Source: an uncultured Gemmatimonadaceae bacterium (lineage in GTDB: Bacteria > Gemmatimonadota > Gemmatimonadetes > Gemmatimonadales > Gemmatimonadaceae). From it: 64,000 bases of DNA. This document shows, in pieces, positions 1-9,962 of this stretch (positions within the stretch are counted from its first letter, which is position 1; each line of letters starts with the position of its first letter). The position numbers and the translations under genes were made by a program. The stretch is from NCBI GenBank assembly GCA_963822945.1, contig CAWGJO010000033.1:32001-96000 (forward strand). Reading direction: 5' to 3'. The notes under the pieces were generated by a model, which made no database searches, was not told the origin of the DNA, and saw only the letters and a list, made by a program, of their open reading frames with translations.

Positions 1-2141
1 CCACCATCCGCGCCTCGGTGGACGACGTGACCTTCACCCTCGAGCTGACGCTGGCGCTCGTGGTGATGGTCATCTTCCTGTTCCTGCGCAACGCGTCGGC
101 CACGATCATCCCGAGCATGGCGCTGCCGATGTCCATCATCGGCACGTTCTCGGTGATGTATCTGCTGCACTACAGCCTGGACAACCTGTCGCTGATGGCG
201 CTCACGCTCGCCGTGGGGTTCGTGGTCGACGACGCGATCGTGATGCTCGAGAACATCGTGCGCCACCTGGAGATGGGGAAACCCAAGCTCCAGGCGGCCA
301 TCGACGGCGCCTCCGAAGTCGGGTTCACCATCCTGTCGATGACGTTCTCGCTGGCCGCCGTATTCATTCCCTTCCTGTTCATGGGCGGGATCATCGGCAA
401 GCTGTTCCACGAGTTCGCGGTGACCATCGGCGTGGCGATCCTCGTGTCGGGCTTCGTTTCGCTGACCCTCACGCCCATGCTGTCGAGCCGTTTCCTGCGC
501 AGCCAGCACGACCGGGAGCACGGGCGGTTCTATCACACCACGGAGCGGTTCTTCAACTGGTGGCTGGACGTGTACGAGCGGTCGCTGGCGTGGGTGATGC
601 AGCGCCGCCGCGGGGCGCTCATCTTCTCGTTCGTCACGCTCGTCGTCACGGGGTGGCTGTTCTGGGCCATTCCCAAGGGGCTGTTCCCCACCGACGACAC
701 CGGCCAGCTGCTGGCCACCACCGAGGCCGCCGAGGGCATCTCGTTCGACGCGCTCACGCAGCGGCAACAGCAGGTGGCGGCGGTCGTGGCGCAGGATCCG
801 GACGTCCGTTCGGTGACGTCGTCGGTGGGGACGACGCCGGCCGCCAACCAGGGCCAGCTCACCATCGATCTCAAGCCGATCGGCGAGCGGCACCGCAGCG
901 CCGAACAGATCGCGCGCGACATCACCGATCGCCTGGCCAGCGTTCCCGACATCGCCGTGTTCATCCAGAACCCGCCCGCCATCTCCATCGGCGGGCTCGC
1001 GTCGAAGAGTCTGTACCAGTTCACGATGCAGAGCGGCAACATGCCGGTGCTCGACAGCACGGCGCGCGTGCTCGAGCACAAGCTCCGCCAGATCCCGATG
1101 CTCACCGACGTCACCAGCGACCTGCTGATCAACAATCCGCAGGTGACGGTGGACATCGATCGCGAACAGGCCGGCCAGCTCGGCGTGTCGGCCGCCGAGA
1201 TCGAGAACACGCTCTACGACGCGTTCGGGCAGCGGCAGGTGTCCACGATCTACACCTCCACCAACGAGTACTGGGTGGTGATGGAGCTGCTGCCGGAATA
1301 CCAGTCGGACGTGGATGCGCTGGGGCGGCTGTGGGTACGGTCGTCGCGCGGGCCGCTGGTGCCGTTGAGCACGGTGGCGCGGTTCAGCGACAGCGTCGGG
1401 CCGGTGACGGTGAACCACTCGGGCCAGCTCCCCTCGGCCACGATCTCGTTCAACCTCGCGCCCGGCGTGTCGCTCGGCACGGCGCTGGCCGAGGTGAAGA
1501 CGGAGGCCGCGGCGGTGTTGCCGGCCAACGTGGCGGGAAGCTTCAGCGGCATCGCGCAGGCGTTCGTCGACACGCAGCAGGGGCTGGTGGTGCTGCTCAT
1601 CCTCGCCGTGTTCGTGATCTACGTGATCCTCGGCGTGTTGTACGAGAGCTTCATCCATCCGGTCACGATTCTCACGGGACTGCCGTTCGCCGCCTTTGGG
1701 GCGCTGAGCACGCTCTGGATCTTCCACCTCGACCTCGACATCTACGGGTTCGTGGGGGTGATCATGCTCATCGGCATCGTGGAGAAGAACGCGATCATGA
1801 TGATCGACTTCGCCATCGAGGCGCAGCGGGAGAGCGGCAAGTCGCCGTCCGAGGCGATTCTCGAGGCGGCGAGCGTGCGGTTCCGCCCGATCATGATGAC
1901 GACGATGGCGGCGCTGATGGGCGCGATCCCGATTGCCGTGGGGTGGGGCGCCGGCGCATCCACGCGGCGGCCGCTGGGCGTGGCGGTGGTGGGAGGCCTG
2001 GCCTTCTCGCAGCTCGTGACGCTGTACGTGACGCCGGTGTTCTATACGTATCTCGACGAGCTGCAGACGCGCTTCGCGCGGGGGCGTGCAGCGGCAGAGC
2101 TGGCCGGCGGCCCGCTCGCGGAAGGCGCCTCGGCGGACTAG
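1..2141 (+). CDS. RND efflux permease subunit (AcrB/MdtB/MdtC-like), 5'-truncated by the window edge
   Basis: Motifs LAVGFVVDDAIVMLENI, GIVEKNAIMMIDFA and RFRPIMMTT; the frame is open to the window start. Confidence 0.93.
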   Translation, partial: TIRASVDDVTFTLELTLALVVMVIFLFLRNASATIIPSMALPMSIIGTFSVMYLLHYSLDNLSLMALTLAVGFVVDDAIVMLENIVRHLEMGKPKLQAAIDGASEVGFTILSMTFSLAAVFIPFLFMGGIIGKLFHEFAVTIGVAILVSGFVSLTLTPMLSSRFLRSQHDREHGRFYHTTERFFNWWLDVYERSLAWVMQRRRGALIFSFVTLVVTGWLFWAIPKGLFPTDDTGQLLATTEAAEGISFDALTQRQQQVAAVVAQDPDVRSVTSSVGTTPAANQGQLTIDLKPIGERHRSAEQIARDITDRLASVPDIAVFIQNPPAISIGGLASKSLYQFTMQSGNMPVLDSTARVLEHKLRQIPMLTDVTSDLLINNPQVTVDIDREQAGQLGVSAAEIENTLYDAFGQRQVSTIYTSTNEYWVVMELLPEYQSDVDALGRLWVRSSRGPLVPLSTVARFSDSVGPVTVNHSGQLPSATISFNLAPGVSLGTALAEVKTEAAAVLPANVAGSFSGIAQAFVDTQQGLVVLLILAVFVIYVILGVLYESFIHPVTILTGLPFAAFGALSTLWIFHLDLDIYGFVGVIMLIGIVEKNAIMMIDFAIEAQRESGKSPSEAILEAASVRFRPIMMTTMAALMGAIPIAVGWGAGASTRRPLGVAVVGGLAFSQLVTLYVTPVFYTYLDELQTRFARGRAAAELAGGPLAEGASAD

Positions 2142-2171
2142 CTTCGGAACGACATCGTTCCGGAGTCACGC

Positions 2172-2906
2172 ATGCAGATGGATCGTGATATCGGCCGTGC
2201 CCTGATTCTCGGCACGGCGATCGTGGTCGCGGGTGCACTGGTTGGGTACGGCCTCACCCGCGTGCGACCCACCGAGCGGTACGTGACCGTGAAGGGCGTC
2301 GCCGAGCGCCAGGTCCGTGCCGACCTCGCCATCTGGCCGCTGCACCTGGTGGCCGCGTCCAACGATCTCGCCGGCGCCAACGCCGAGATCGAACGCAGCG
2401 TGATCAAGGTGCGCCAATTCCTCGGCCGGCACGGCATCGACACCTCGCAGGTGAGCGTGCAGCAGTTCTCGGTGGCCGACGCCCAGACGAATCAGTTCGG
2501 ATCGTCGCCGCGCCCGGGGTCGCGGTTCGTCATTCATCAGACGCTGATCGTGCGATCCACCGATCCGGCGGCCGTGCAGGCGGCCAGTCAGCAGGTGGCC
2601 GAGTTGGTGAGCAGCGGCGTCGTGCTCTCGTCGGGCGCCGAGTACGGACCCGGCGGACCGACGTTCGTGTTCTCCGGGCTGAACAAGCTGAAGCCGGAGA
2701 TGATCGGCGAGGCCACGAGCCGCGCCCGCGAGGGGGCGGAGCAGTTCGCCCGCGACTCGCACGCCACCGTGGGCGGCATCCTGCGCGCCAATCAGGGCGT
2801 GTTCGAGATCCTGCCGCGCGACCAGGCCGACGGCATCACCGAGGCCAGCCAGATCGACAAGACGGTGCGGGTGGTGTCGACCATCGACTTCGTGCTCTCC
2901 AACTGA
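2172..2906 (+). CDS. SIMPL (DUF541) domain protein
   Basis: N-terminal TM helix; ERYVTVKGVAER..ADLAIWPL; ANQGVFEI; C-terminal KTVRVVSTIDF. Confidence 0.85.
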   Translation: MQMDRDIGRALILGTAIVVAGALVGYGLTRVRPTERYVTVKGVAERQVRADLAIWPLHLVAASNDLAGANAEIERSVIKVRQFLGRHGIDTSQVSVQQFSVADAQTNQFGSSPRPGSRFVIHQTLIVRSTDPAAVQAASQQVAELVSSGVVLSSGAEYGPGGPTFVFSGLNKLKPEMIGEATSRAREGAEQFARDSHATVGGILRANQGVFEILPRDQADGITEASQIDKTVRVVSTIDFVLSN

Positions 2907-2921
2907 GTCGGGGACGCAACC

Positions 2922-4191
2922 ATGATTCATCGAAGCCTTCGTCCGTGCGTGGTGGCTCTCGCCGCCGCTCTGGCCGCGACCACGACCCGGGCGCAGCAGC
3001 CCGCCCGTCCGCACTGGATCGCCACCTGGAGCCCGAGTGCGTCGGCCATGCCCGCCCGGCCGGCAGACGGGAAGCCGGATCCCGTGGAGACCTGGGCCCG
3101 CCGCACGCTCCGCGAGATCGTGCACACGACGATCGGCGGCGACAGCGTGCGCATCCGGATCTCCAACCAGTACGGCGACCGCCCGCTCACCATCGGCGAG
3201 GCGCGCATCGCGCTGCGCGCTGATACGGGCGGCCCCGCCACGAAACCGGGCACCGACCGCGCCCTCACCTTCGGCGGCCGGCCGGCGGTGACCATCGGTG
3301 CCGGCGCCACGGTGATCAGCGACCCCATCGCGTACCACGTGCCGCAGCTCTCCGACCTTGCGATCAGCCTCTACCTGCCAGACTCGGCGCGCACGTCCAC
3401 GCGGCACCTGCTCGGGTTGCAGACCAACTACGTGTCCACCGAGGGGGATTACGCCCGCGAGACGGCCTTCCCGACGGTGACGGCGGTGCAGCAGTGGATC
3501 TTTCTCACCGGGGTGGACGTGACCAACCCGGCGGCGGCGGGCGCCGTCGTGGCGTTCGGGAATTCGATCACCGACGGCTATCACTCCACGCCGGACGCCA
3601 ACCGCCGATGGCCCGATGACCTCGCGCGGCGGCTGCTCACCACGCCCGGCGCGCCGGTACTCGCGCGTGGTGAACGCGGGGATCTCGGGCAATCGCGTGC
3701 TCAACCCCGGGGCGGGGCCGAGCGCGCTGGAGCGTTTCGACCGCGACGTGCTCGACGAGCCCGGCGCGCGGTACGTGATCATCCTGGAAGGGATCAACGA
3801 CATCGGGCTGGCCAACTTCTCCAAGCGGGGCGCCGATTCGGTGAGCGCGGCGGACGTCATCTTCGGGCTGAGCCAGTTGGCGGAACGGGCGCACGAGCGG
3901 GGGCTGGTGGTATACGGCGCCACGCTCACGCCCTTCCAGGCGCCGCAGCCCTACGGCTACTACTCGGCGGAGTCGGAGGCCAGACGGGATTCGGTGAACG
4001 CCTGGATCCGGACCGGCGGCGCGTTCGACGGCGTCATAGATTTCGACGCGGTGACGCGCGATCCGAGCCACCCGACCCGCTTCCTGCCGGCGTACGACGG
4101 AGATCATCTCCATCCGAACGACGCCGGGTACGCGGCGATGGCGGCCTCGATCGATCTCGGACTCTTCCGCGCGCCGCCGCTCCATCACTAG
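2922..4191 (+). CDS. Secreted SGNH/GDSL hydrolase; one frameshift near 3660
   Basis: Signal peptide and VAFGNSITDG in the first frame; VVNAGISGNR, LEGINDIG and DHLHPN in the frame of ORF 3616..4191. Confidence 0.85.
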
Positions 4192-4205
4192 AGAGTGGTC
4201 AATTC

Positions 4206-4487
4206 ATGAAGTACCGCAACAAGACGGTCACCGTCGTGATCGACGTCCGATCGCGACTGGAGTTCTTCTTCGGGCACGTGCCGGGAGCGGTGTGCATTCC
4301 GGTGCAGAAGGTGAGCCACGAGGCATTGGAGAGGCGCGGCATCGCCCGCGACGCCGGCATCCTGGTGTACTGCGCCAGCGGCTCCCGCTCGGCGGGCGCG
4401 GCCCAGGCGCTCAAGCGCGCCGGCTACTCGCGCGTCGTGGACGGCGGCGGGCTGGCCGAGGTGAAGAAGCACCTGCGAGACGGCTGA
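4206..4487 (+). CDS. Single-domain rhodanese-like protein
   Basis: VIDVRS..EF..GHVPGA and active-site YCASGSRS. Confidence 0.85.
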   Translation: MKYRNKTVTVVIDVRSRLEFFFGHVPGAVCIPVQKVSHEALERRGIARDAGILVYCASGSRSAGAAQALKRAGYSRVVDGGGLAEVKKHLRDG

Positions 4488-4551
4488 GTACCAGCAGCGG
4501 GCAGTTGGCGGCCCGAAGTCTGCGGCGCTGCTCCGGCCTGTTCGTTGCCCG

Positions 4552-5182
4552 GGCGCCACCCTTGCAGCTCAGCCGTTCGGAGGCAAACGCTTTGGACTCC
4601 GACGAACGATCGAACGGATCGAACGGATCGGAACGGATCGAGACATGGGGTGGGGACTTGCGTTCGGCTAAAACGTGGCAGCCACTCCGGCTCACCGGTC
4701 AGGCTCTCGTAGCCGGTTCTCGCTGAGCACGCGGTGAAAGCGGGGCTCACGGCCGAAGTGCAGGAGTAGCCCTACCTCGAGATCGGTAGCACAGAGATAG
4801 CTGAACAGTTGGGCTGTCGCGTCGGGCGCGAGGTACGCAGTGGCCTTGATCTCGATGACGATTCTGCCGTCAACGATCATGTCCAGTTTCTGCCGCGCGA
4901 GGGGTCGCCCACGGTAGTAGACCATGACGGCTACTTCTCGATCCACGTGATGACCGGCTTCGGCCAGCTCTCGTTCGAGCGCCAGTCCGTAGATGTGCTC
5001 TCGGTAGCCGTGGCGCAGGCCGTTGTAAACCCGAAAGAAGCAGCCGATTATCGAGCGCGTACGCTCTGCTTCCAGCAGCCAGGGCCGTTCACCTTCAGTC
5101 ATCCGTTCAGATTCGTTGCATCCGTTCGATCCGTATCACCATTCGTTGGCACTCCGCATCGTTGAGCTGCACGGGCGGCGTC
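4552..5182. mobile_element. Putative GxxExxY-containing element bounded by imperfect inverted arms
   Basis: 4552-4573 vs reverse complement of 5161-5182 match 18/22; GAACGGATC repeats at 4601-4640 face ATCCGTT repeats at 5100-5147; mobility is inferred, not shown. Confidence 0.5.
4692..5102 (-). CDS. GxxExxY protein (putative PD-(D/E)XK nuclease fold)
   Basis: 136 aa; GYREHIY motif, LDMIVD..IEIK, QLFSYL, GLLLHFG. Confidence 0.9.
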   Translation of the reverse strand: MTEGERPWLLEAERTRSIIGCFFRVYNGLRHGYREHIYGLALERELAEAGHHVDREVAVMVYYRGRPLARQKLDMIVDGRIVIEIKATAYLAPDATAQLFSYLCATDLEVGLLLHFGREPRFHRVLSENRLREPDR

Positions 5183-5230
5183 TGCAAAGCTCGGCCGGGC
5201 AGGCACGAGGGGTCCGGACGTAGACAGTGC

Positions 5231-5325
5231 GGTGGCGCTCGGGCGGCTCGGCCGGGAAGGTGTCTACGGACTGGATGCGGAGCGTACGAGCCGGAACGGA
5301 TCAGAACGGGATCAAGACATGAGGG
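5231..5325 (+). repeat. Third ACGGA-type arm, homologous to 30449-30530 and inverted relative to 5100-5182
   Basis: Nearly colinear with 30449-30530 by eye; ends GATCAAGACATGAGG, similar to GATCGAGACATGGGG at the end of the first arm (about 4636-4650). Confidence 0.65.
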
Positions 5326-5382
5326 ACAGAAATGAGAGCGGCTGGGAGCTTGCCGCCCTCCCAACCGCTCTCGAGATTCCGC

Positions 5383-5446
5383 CCGACTGTCCGACTGTCC
5401 GACTGTCCGACTGTCCGACTGTCCGACTGTCCGACTGTCCGACTGT
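5383..5446 (-). repeat. 8-bp tandem array (CCGACTGT)x8
   Basis: 8 exact copies abutting the M28 gene stop codon at 5447-5449. Confidence 0.97.
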
Positions 5447-6700
5447 CTACTTCTTGATCGTCGCCCCCGTCAGCTCCGCCACCGCACCGAGCGTGGTCTG
5501 CGCCGCGTTGAGGCCGAGCATGAAGTCCTTGTCGTTGTACGTGGTGTAGACATCCGTGGGCTGGTGCCAGTTGGGATCCCAGCCGGCGCCGATCTGCGTG
5601 CCGCGCTCGTTCTCGCGCAGGCTGATGGCCGGCACCAGATCCTTGAACGGGTCCGAATCGGTGTTCGTCATGTGCCGGCCCACCTGCGCCGGATAGACGG
5701 TGGCGTACTTCTCGTTCGCGTCCTCGAACACCCAGGCGAGCTTCTCCGACTCGGCGGCCATCTTGGAGTTCGACTGAAACTCGATGTTCACGTCGGCTTC
5801 GGGGCGCTGCTGCTTGCTCACCGTGCCGTCGGCGCGCGGCATGCCGTGGTCCCACAGCATCATGTCGTGCTGGATCATGCCCGAGCCACTTGGGTTCCGG
5901 ATACTTGCCCGAGCCCGGCAGGATCTTCCTTGCCCTGCAGCGGCGCCCGCTGCTCCACGTAGGCGCGGCTGCCGTTCAGCCCCGATCTCCTCGTTGTTCC
6001 AGAGCACGAAGCGAATTGAACGGTCGGTCTTCACGTCGGGGCTGCTGAATACGCGGGCGAGTTCCATCACGAGCGCGGCGCCCGAGCCGTCGTCGTTGGC
6101 GGCCTGGCCCCAGCCGATGCCGTCCATGTGCCCGCCCACGATGTACATCTCGTCCGGGTGCGTGGTGCCGACCTTCGTGCAGTACACTTCCTGCCGTTCG
6201 CCCGCCGTGTCCGGCGTCTGCTCCGTGTCCATGGCGCGGATGGCCGGGTCGGGCTGCTTGAGCGAGTCGGTGTTTACGCCCGTGCGGGCGCGAAGCCCGC
6301 GGTACCGGCCGCCGCCCGACGCGATCTCCGACGGGCCGCGTCCCCGGCCCCGGCCCGCGCCTCGGCCGCGGAAGGCGCCGCGCGCCATGCGCGGACGCGG
6401 CGTGAAGGTGTACGTCAGCCGCTGAACGTCGCTGCACCCGTAGCTCTTGAGCTGCGCCTCGATCCAGTCCACCGCCTTGCGGTTGCGCGCCGTGCCCTGG
6501 CGGCGGTCGCCGAAGTTGGTGAGCCCCTTGATGGTCGCCTTGTAGCGGTCGAGGCTGAGACGGCCGACGAGTTGCGTGATCGTGCTGTCGCGGTCGGCAT
6601 AGCCGCCCTCCTGCACCTGCTGGGCCCGCACGGTGGCGGGCGCGGCGGCGAGCGCGAGGGCGAGCGTGACGGTGGTGGCGATGAACGGTGTGGCGCGCAT
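5447..6700 (-). CDS. Secreted M28 family metallopeptidase; compensating indels around 5880-5990
   Basis: Signal peptide; GGHMD, ANDDGSG, WNNEE, DSDPF, HQPTD; a garbled segment lies between NEE and GMIQHDM. Confidence 0.88.
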   Translation of the reverse strand: MRATPFIATTVTLALALAAAPATVRAQQVQEGGYADRDSTITQLVGRLSLDRYKATIKGLTNFGDRRQGTARNRKAVDWIEAQLKSYGCSDVQRLTYTFTPRPRMARGAFRGRGAGRGRGRGPSEIASGGGRYRGLRARTGVNTDSLKQPDPAIRAMDTEQTPDTAGERQEVYCTKVGTTHPDEMYIVGGHMDGIGWGQAANDDGSGAALVMELARVFSSPDVKTDRSIRFVLWNNEEIGAERQPRLRGAAGAAAGQGRSCRARASIRNPSGSGMIQHDMMLWDHGMPRADGTVSKQQRPEADVNIEFQSNSKMAAESEKLAWVFEDANEKYATVYPAQVGRHMTNTDSDPFKDLVPAISLRENERGTQIGAGWDPNWHQPTDVYTTYNDKDFMLGLNAAQTTLGAVAELTGATIKK

Positions 6701-6780
6701 GACACTCCTCTGGGACGGCGGTGGGTCGGGGGACAGGGGATTCTACGGCGCGGTACCGGGGGTCGCCAGCGCCGCCGCGA

Positions 6781-7467
6781 CTACATCGGTTCCTTGATTC
6801 CCCGGCGCAGCAGAGCCCAGTTGACGGGGTAGGCCGTCACGAACCCGGCGCACATGGCCACCTGCATCATGAACCAGAACTCCGGCCCCGACTTGGGGAG
6901 CGTGGCCGGCGAGTAGAGCACGAACAGCGCCACGGCCATCCAGCCGTACATCCCCACCTGCCAGGCCACCAGCGAGAGCGTGTCGGCCTTGAGGGCCGCC
7001 ACCAGCCCGGGCCCGAGCTTCAACCCGCGCATGGGCGCGATGGTGAAGAACTGGAAGACGATGCCGAGCGCGAACGCGAACGCGAAGTCCACGAGCCAGG
7101 TGCCGAACACCGCGCGGCCGAGGAAGACTACCGGGACCGCCACGACGAGCGCCTCGGCCAGCAGGTCGCCCAGGGCGCAGCCCGCGCCGCAGTGGGTGGC
7201 GGCCAGCGCAACCGTCTGCCAGAACGGACGGTCGCGGCCCGGCGGCGGTTCGTGCAGCAGCGCCGCGGCGCGTGCCGCCTGGGCCGTGCCCGAGCGGCCC
7301 AGCGTGAAGTACGCCACGAGGCCGATCGGTCCGCTCCACAGCACCGTGAGCGGCCACACGAGGTTCATGATCCACATCCGCTGCTGGTGCCCCGCGCTCA
7401 GGTCGCCGGCCACGATGAGCACGGAAACGGCGGCAGCGACGAGCCAGACTATGGAGAGCAGGTGCAT
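6781..7467 (-). CDS. DUF4396 family membrane protein
   Basis: WIMNLVWPLT, AATHCGAGCALGD, WQVGMYGWM, YPVNWALL..GIKE.M. Confidence 0.85.
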   Translation of the reverse strand: MHLLSIVWLVAAAVSVLIVAGDLSAGHQQRMWIMNLVWPLTVLWSGPIGLVAYFTLGRSGTAQAARAAALLHEPPPGRDRPFWQTVALAATHCGAGCALGDLLAEALVVAVPVVFLGRAVFGTWLVDFAFAFALGIVFQFFTIAPMRGLKLGPGLVAALKADTLSLVAWQVGMYGWMAVALFVLYSPATLPKSGPEFWFMMQVAMCAGFVTAYPVNWALLRRGIKEPM

Positions 7468-7616
7468 GGCAGGAAAAGCTGTGACGCCGAGATGCCGTCG
7501 TACAGGGGGCGGGGGGCGGGGGGCAGCGGGCGGGGGCCGGGTGCCGAGCGTTCGTCGCGATACCTTTGCACGCGGCCGGTCGCGCCACCTGCGCCCGGCG
7601 CGTATGTTGGCCGATC

Positions 7617-8891
7617 ATGCCATCCGCCGAATCGGTCGTTCCCGAAGAAGCATTCCCGCCGGCGCCGGCTGAGGGCGGCGTTGACACGCCCGCCGCCCGG
7701 CATCCCTGGGTGTGGGCCGTGCTGTACTTCCCCTTCGGCCTCTCGTTCGGGTTCCCCTCCATCGCGCTCGGCTACCTGGCGGTCAAGGCCGGCGTGTCGG
7801 TGTCGGCCATTGCCGGCGTGGTCGGCATGACCCTGCTCGCCTCGGGGTGGAAGTTCGTGTGGGCCCCGATCGGCGACTACACGCTCTCACGGAAGAAGTG
7901 GTACCTGATCGCGATCGCCACCGTGTCGCTCGGGTTCCTGGCCATCACGCTCGTTCCGTTGTCGCAGGCGACGATGCCGCTGCTCTCGCTGCTCGTGCTG
8001 ATGTCGAGCGTGGCGGCGACGTTCGTCGCCTTCGCCACCGAAGGACTGATGGTGCACAACACCCCGATCCCCGCGCGCGGGCGGGCGGCGGGGTGGTTCC
8101 AGTCGGGTAACCACCTGGGGCAGACGGCCGGTGGCGGGTTGGCGCTCTGGCTCATGCGGCACTCGCCGCAGCCGTGGATGGCGGGCGCCGGGCTCGCCGT
8201 CGTGCTGTTCGTGTGCGCGGTGCCGCTGCTGCTGGTGCGCGAACCGCCGCGTGCGCTGCGCGGCGCCTCGGTGCGCGTGCGCGTGGCCGACGCCTGGCGC
8301 GAACTCGTGAGCGTCGTGCGTTCGCGCGCCGGACGCATCGGACTCATCCTGGCCATTCTCCCAATCGGCACCGGCGCGGCCAAGGATCTCTTCGGGTCGC
8401 TGGGGCCGGAGTGGAGCGTGCCGGCCGATACCGTGTCGCTGGTGCTCGGGCTGGGGGGCGGCATTGCGATCGTGCTCGGCTGCTTCGCCGGCGGGCGGCT
8501 GGCCGACCGCATCAACAAGCCGTGGGCGTACGCCACCGCCTGTGGGCTCGGACTACTGGCTTGTGTGGTGATGGCATGGTCGCCGCGCACGGTGACCGGA
8601 TATGCCGTGTCCACTCTGTTCTACACCTTCACGCTCGGCATGGTGGCGGGATCGTTCACCGGTCTGGTGCTGGCGATCGTCGGGCATACGGCGGCGGCCA
8701 CGAAGATCAATCTCTTCTTCGCGCTCAACACGCTGTTCACGCTCGGCATGCTGCGCGCCGACGGGTGGGCGCACGACGCGTGGCACACCAACGGCATGCT
8801 GTACACCGAGGCGCTGGCGGGAGTGGCGGCGCTGATCCTGTTCGCGTGGCTGGCGGGGAAGATCCGCGGGACGGAACTGCCCGGCACCTGA
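7617..8891 (+). CDS. MFS transporter (AmpG-like)
   Basis: About 12 hydrophobic segments; WKFVWAPIGD; GGRLADR. Confidence 0.8.
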   Translation: MPSAESVVPEEAFPPAPAEGGVDTPAARHPWVWAVLYFPFGLSFGFPSIALGYLAVKAGVSVSAIAGVVGMTLLASGWKFVWAPIGDYTLSRKKWYLIAIATVSLGFLAITLVPLSQATMPLLSLLVLMSSVAATFVAFATEGLMVHNTPIPARGRAAGWFQSGNHLGQTAGGGLALWLMRHSPQPWMAGAGLAVVLFVCAVPLLLVREPPRALRGASVRVRVADAWRELVSVVRSRAGRIGLILAILPIGTGAAKDLFGSLGPEWSVPADTVSLVLGLGGGIAIVLGCFAGGRLADRINKPWAYATACGLGLLACVVMAWSPRTVTGYAVSTLFYTFTLGMVAGSFTGLVLAIVGHTAAATKINLFFALNTLFTLGMLRADGWAHDAWHTNGMLYTEALAGVAALILFAWLAGKIRGTELPGT

Positions 8892-9006
8892 TGTTGCATG
8901 GCGATCTCCGCTACTGCGCCACGCCATTTCGCGCCGCGTGCGCGCGTGCGACGACGGCGGCCGCAATGCGTGTCGCACGTCACAGAGCGAAGCGGCGCGC
9001 ACGCCA

Positions 9007-9022
9007 AGTGAGGTAAATCACA
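9007..9022. promoter_or_regulatory. CRP/FNR-family-like binding site
   Basis: AGTGA-GGTAAA-TCACA, 9/10 match to TGTGA-N6-TCACA, in an AT-rich patch about 80 bp upstream of the CDS at 9100. Confidence 0.4.
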
Positions 9023-9099
9023 GTTAACGCTGTGCTCGCTGCGTCGTCCTACTCCCCGACAGCGCAGGACCGAATTTCCAGCCTTGGACGGGGAAGACC

Positions 9100-9867
9100 A
9101 TGCCACGATTCAATCTTGCACTCGCCTCCGTGGCGACGCTCGCCGTCGTCAGCCTCGCCGCCTGCAGCAGCGGCACCGCGCCGGCGCCAGTGAACGACGC
9201 GAGCCTCACCGCCGACCTCGCCCTCTCCTCGGGTGACGTGATCGCGACCGACGTTGGCGACCTGGTGGGCAACGAACAGTACGCCGGCGTCAGCGCCGAC
9301 GTGGCGCCGGCCTTCGTGGCGGTGTCGGACAGCAGCAGCCTGACGAGGACGCGCACACGCACCTGCTACGACGCGGGCGGAAACGTCGTCGCCTGCGGCC
9401 AGGGGCTCACGGCTTCGGTGGTGGTCGACCTGCAGCTCGACGGCTACCGTGCGGGCGACCGGTTCACCGCCATCGTACACCGGCAGCGGCACGACTCGAT
9501 CAGTGGTATCGACAGTCCGGATTCCACACGCACGCACAACGGATACGGCGCCAGCCAGGACACGGCCACCTTCACGGGCGACGTCAACGTGCGCACGGCG
9601 GAAATCGCAGCGTCGGACTCGGTGGTCGACCTGGTGTTCAAGCTGCCGCATGCCAACAACCCCTGGCCGCTCTCCGGCCAGGTGATTCGCAACGTCGACG
9701 CGACGTTCACCATCGTCGGCGCCACCAACCAGACGCGCACCATCCAGCGACGCGTCGTGGTGACCTTCCCGGCGGATGCCCAGGGGAACGTCCCGATCCA
9801 GGTGGGAACCATGACCTGCAACCTCAACCTCGTGACGCACGTGGTGTCGGGGTGCACGGGAAGCTGA
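9100..9867 (+). CDS. Hypothetical lipoprotein
   Basis: Lipobox LAAC; beta-rich sequence with Cys pairs; followed by a terminator-like hairpin. Confidence 0.75.
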   Translation: MPRFNLALASVATLAVVSLAACSSGTAPAPVNDASLTADLALSSGDVIATDVGDLVGNEQYAGVSADVAPAFVAVSDSSSLTRTRTRTCYDAGGNVVACGQGLTASVVVDLQLDGYRAGDRFTAIVHRQRHDSISGIDSPDSTRTHNGYGASQDTATFTGDVNVRTAEIAASDSVVDLVFKLPHANNPWPLSGQVIRNVDATFTIVGATNQTRTIQRRVVVTFPADAQGNVPIQVGTMTCNLNLVTHVVSGCTGS

Positions 9868-9912
9868 GCATGACGGAGGGCGCGGGAACCTGATCGCGGG
9901 GATCAGGGTATG

Positions 9913-9956
9913 GGAAGAAGCCCCATTCGACGGGAGTCGGGTGGGGTTTCTTCCTT
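9913..9956 (+). terminator. Terminator-like hairpin
   Basis: GGAAGAAGCCCCATTCGAC-GGGA-GTCGGGTGGGGTTTCTTCC; 19-bp stem including G-U pairs. Confidence 0.7.
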
Positions 9957-9962
9957 CGCCGC

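Noticed and set aside
8925..9000. Nested inverted repeats (CGCGCCGC/GCGGCGCG, CGTGCGAC/GTCGCACG) after the MFS gene
   Set aside because: Short GC-rich matches, single copy, plausibly chance or a weak terminator
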